DNA from: a virus
Lineage: Duplodnaviria > Caudoviricetes
IMG/VR virus record: IMGVR_UViG_3300045538_000396
Location: 1-54,896 of that record
Direction: 5' to 3' (one strand)
DNA: 54,896 bases
Shown: positions 54,042 to 54,896 of the stretch, one piece after another
Layout of the letters: each line of letters starts with the position of its first letter
Position numbering within the stretch: the stretch's first letter is position 1
Notes under the pieces: model-generated
Database searches by the model: none
The model's input: the letters and a program-made list of their open reading frames with translations, nothing else
Told to the model about the DNA's origin: nothing
Program-made: the position numbers and the translations under genes

Positions 54042-54278
54042 CTATTCTCCATTATCTATTGTATCACTATGGTATTTGTCAATTAGCCTATCCAAAATAT
54101 CCCCAATAGGCTCGCTATAGAGAGAGGTATCCAATTTCCCATTAGGCAGAACCCTTGTTAATACTTGGTCTTGAGTTGTGTCAATAATAATTTCACCCCC
54201 ACTGTAAACGAGTTTCTCAATAAATTGAGTCTCTGGATGGCAGTGGATAATAACTTCTAGGTGGGTAGGTTTTGACAT
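54042..54278 (-). CDS. Hypothetical protein
   Basis: AAGG RBS before ATG 54278, fills the gap in the operon. Confidence 0.6.
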   Translation of the reverse strand: MSKPTHLEVIIHCHPETQFIEKLVYSGGEIIIDTTQDQVLTRVLPNGKLDTSLYSEPIGDILDRLIDKYHSDTIDNGE

Positions 54279-54285
54279 AAATACC

Positions 54286-54896
54286 TTAAGGTGTGTAAAT
54301 AATATAACAGTCGTAGATTTTGAACCCAATGTCGCTTTCGTAAGTTATAGTTCCATATTGGATACAGGATGCCCCCCATTCTTCCATTTGATAAGCAACA
54401 CAGGTGTTATAGTCCGTCTCCGTAATGCGTGCTTTTCTGTACCCAACCTTAACCTTTATATAATTAAGATTGTTATTGGCCCCTAAACTAAATGTCGCTG
54501 TTTGTACAGACGAACTGCTTGCATCAGAGAAACTTTTTGTTGCAATCGTTGAAAGATTGGCACTATTACTTGTTTGCATAATACTGAGCGTTGTGGAAGC
54601 ATCGCCTGTAGCAGAATTATAACTGGTATCCCAACCGTACTTTAAATACAAAGTTGCACTAGAGTAGGCTTGAGAAGCAAATTGTATATAACCAAACTGG
54701 TTAACACTTATATTGTAAGCCGTGGGCAAAGGTTTACCAGAGGTGCTTGTATCATCGTAACTGCCATCGACAGTGTTACCCGAATCCCACCAAGTAAGGT
54801 TTGCATCGGTTGTAAATGTATTAGGTCTTACATTAACTTGTGCTTGCCATACAGTTGACCAAGCACCATTAACTCTGGCTTTTACCGCTGTGCAAT
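54286..54896 (-). CDS. Putative tail tip adhesin, 3' part (start at 362 across the junction)
   Basis: The frame of ORF 54286..54729 stays open to the window end and joins 1..362. Confidence 0.8.
   Translation of the reverse strand, partial: CTAVKARVNGAWSTVWQAQVNVRPNTFTTDANLTWWDSGNTVDGSYDDTSTSGKPLPTAYNISVNQFGYIQFASQAYSSATLYLKYGWDTSYNSATGDASTTLSIMQTSNSANLSTIATKSFSDASSSSVQTATFSLGANNNLNYIKVKVGYRKARITETDYNTCVAYQMEEWGASCIQYGTITYESDIGFKIYDCYIIYTP
54614..54896. repeat. Terminal repeat / circular overlap, copy 2
   Basis: Matches 1-283 with 7 clustered mismatches. Confidence 0.97.

Noticed and set aside
1-54896. Complete cis-encoded DGR
   Set aside because: I found no ORF with reverse-transcriptase motifs, no Avd-like gene and no third A-rich copy of the variable segment.
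1-54896. Stop-codon reassignment
   Set aside because: Core genes are full length in the standard code, and TAG, TGA and TAA all end genes next to downstream starts.

Overview
The window is most likely one complete, circularly assembled genome (about 54,613 bp unique) of a podovirus-like tailed phage. Bases 1-283 recur at 54614-54896. The minus strand carries the late genes, which wrap across the junction: Ntn-protease, HicB/HTH-like protein, terS, terL, portal, scaffold, major capsid, adaptors, nozzle, tail fibres, tip adhesin, three ejection proteins (including a 3114-aa LPD38 polyvalent protein), M15 endolysin and holins. The plus strand (21411-37404) carries early and middle genes: many mini-ORFs, YubB-like, ArdC, YqaJ exonuclease, SSB-like, RusA, metallophosphoesterase, HNH and Ref-like nucleases. 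I recognised no DNA polymerase, helicase, primase, integrase, reverse transcriptase, tRNA or CRISPR array. Five observations stand out. (1) An array of translationally coupled mini-genes is joined by an identical 14-bp junction, AGGAGAGCCAATGA, so six unrelated proteins all end in (K/E)ESQ. (2) The two terminal copies differ at 7 clustered, mostly non-synonymous sites in a tail-tip adhesin, in a DGR-like pattern but with no RT or template repeat visible. (3) The giant ejection protein contains an apparently circularly permuted SLOG domain. (4) An antisense mini-gene and a terminator sit between terS and terL. (5) GATC and AGCT appear to be avoided genome-wide. All family calls come from motif recognition by eye, not from database searches.
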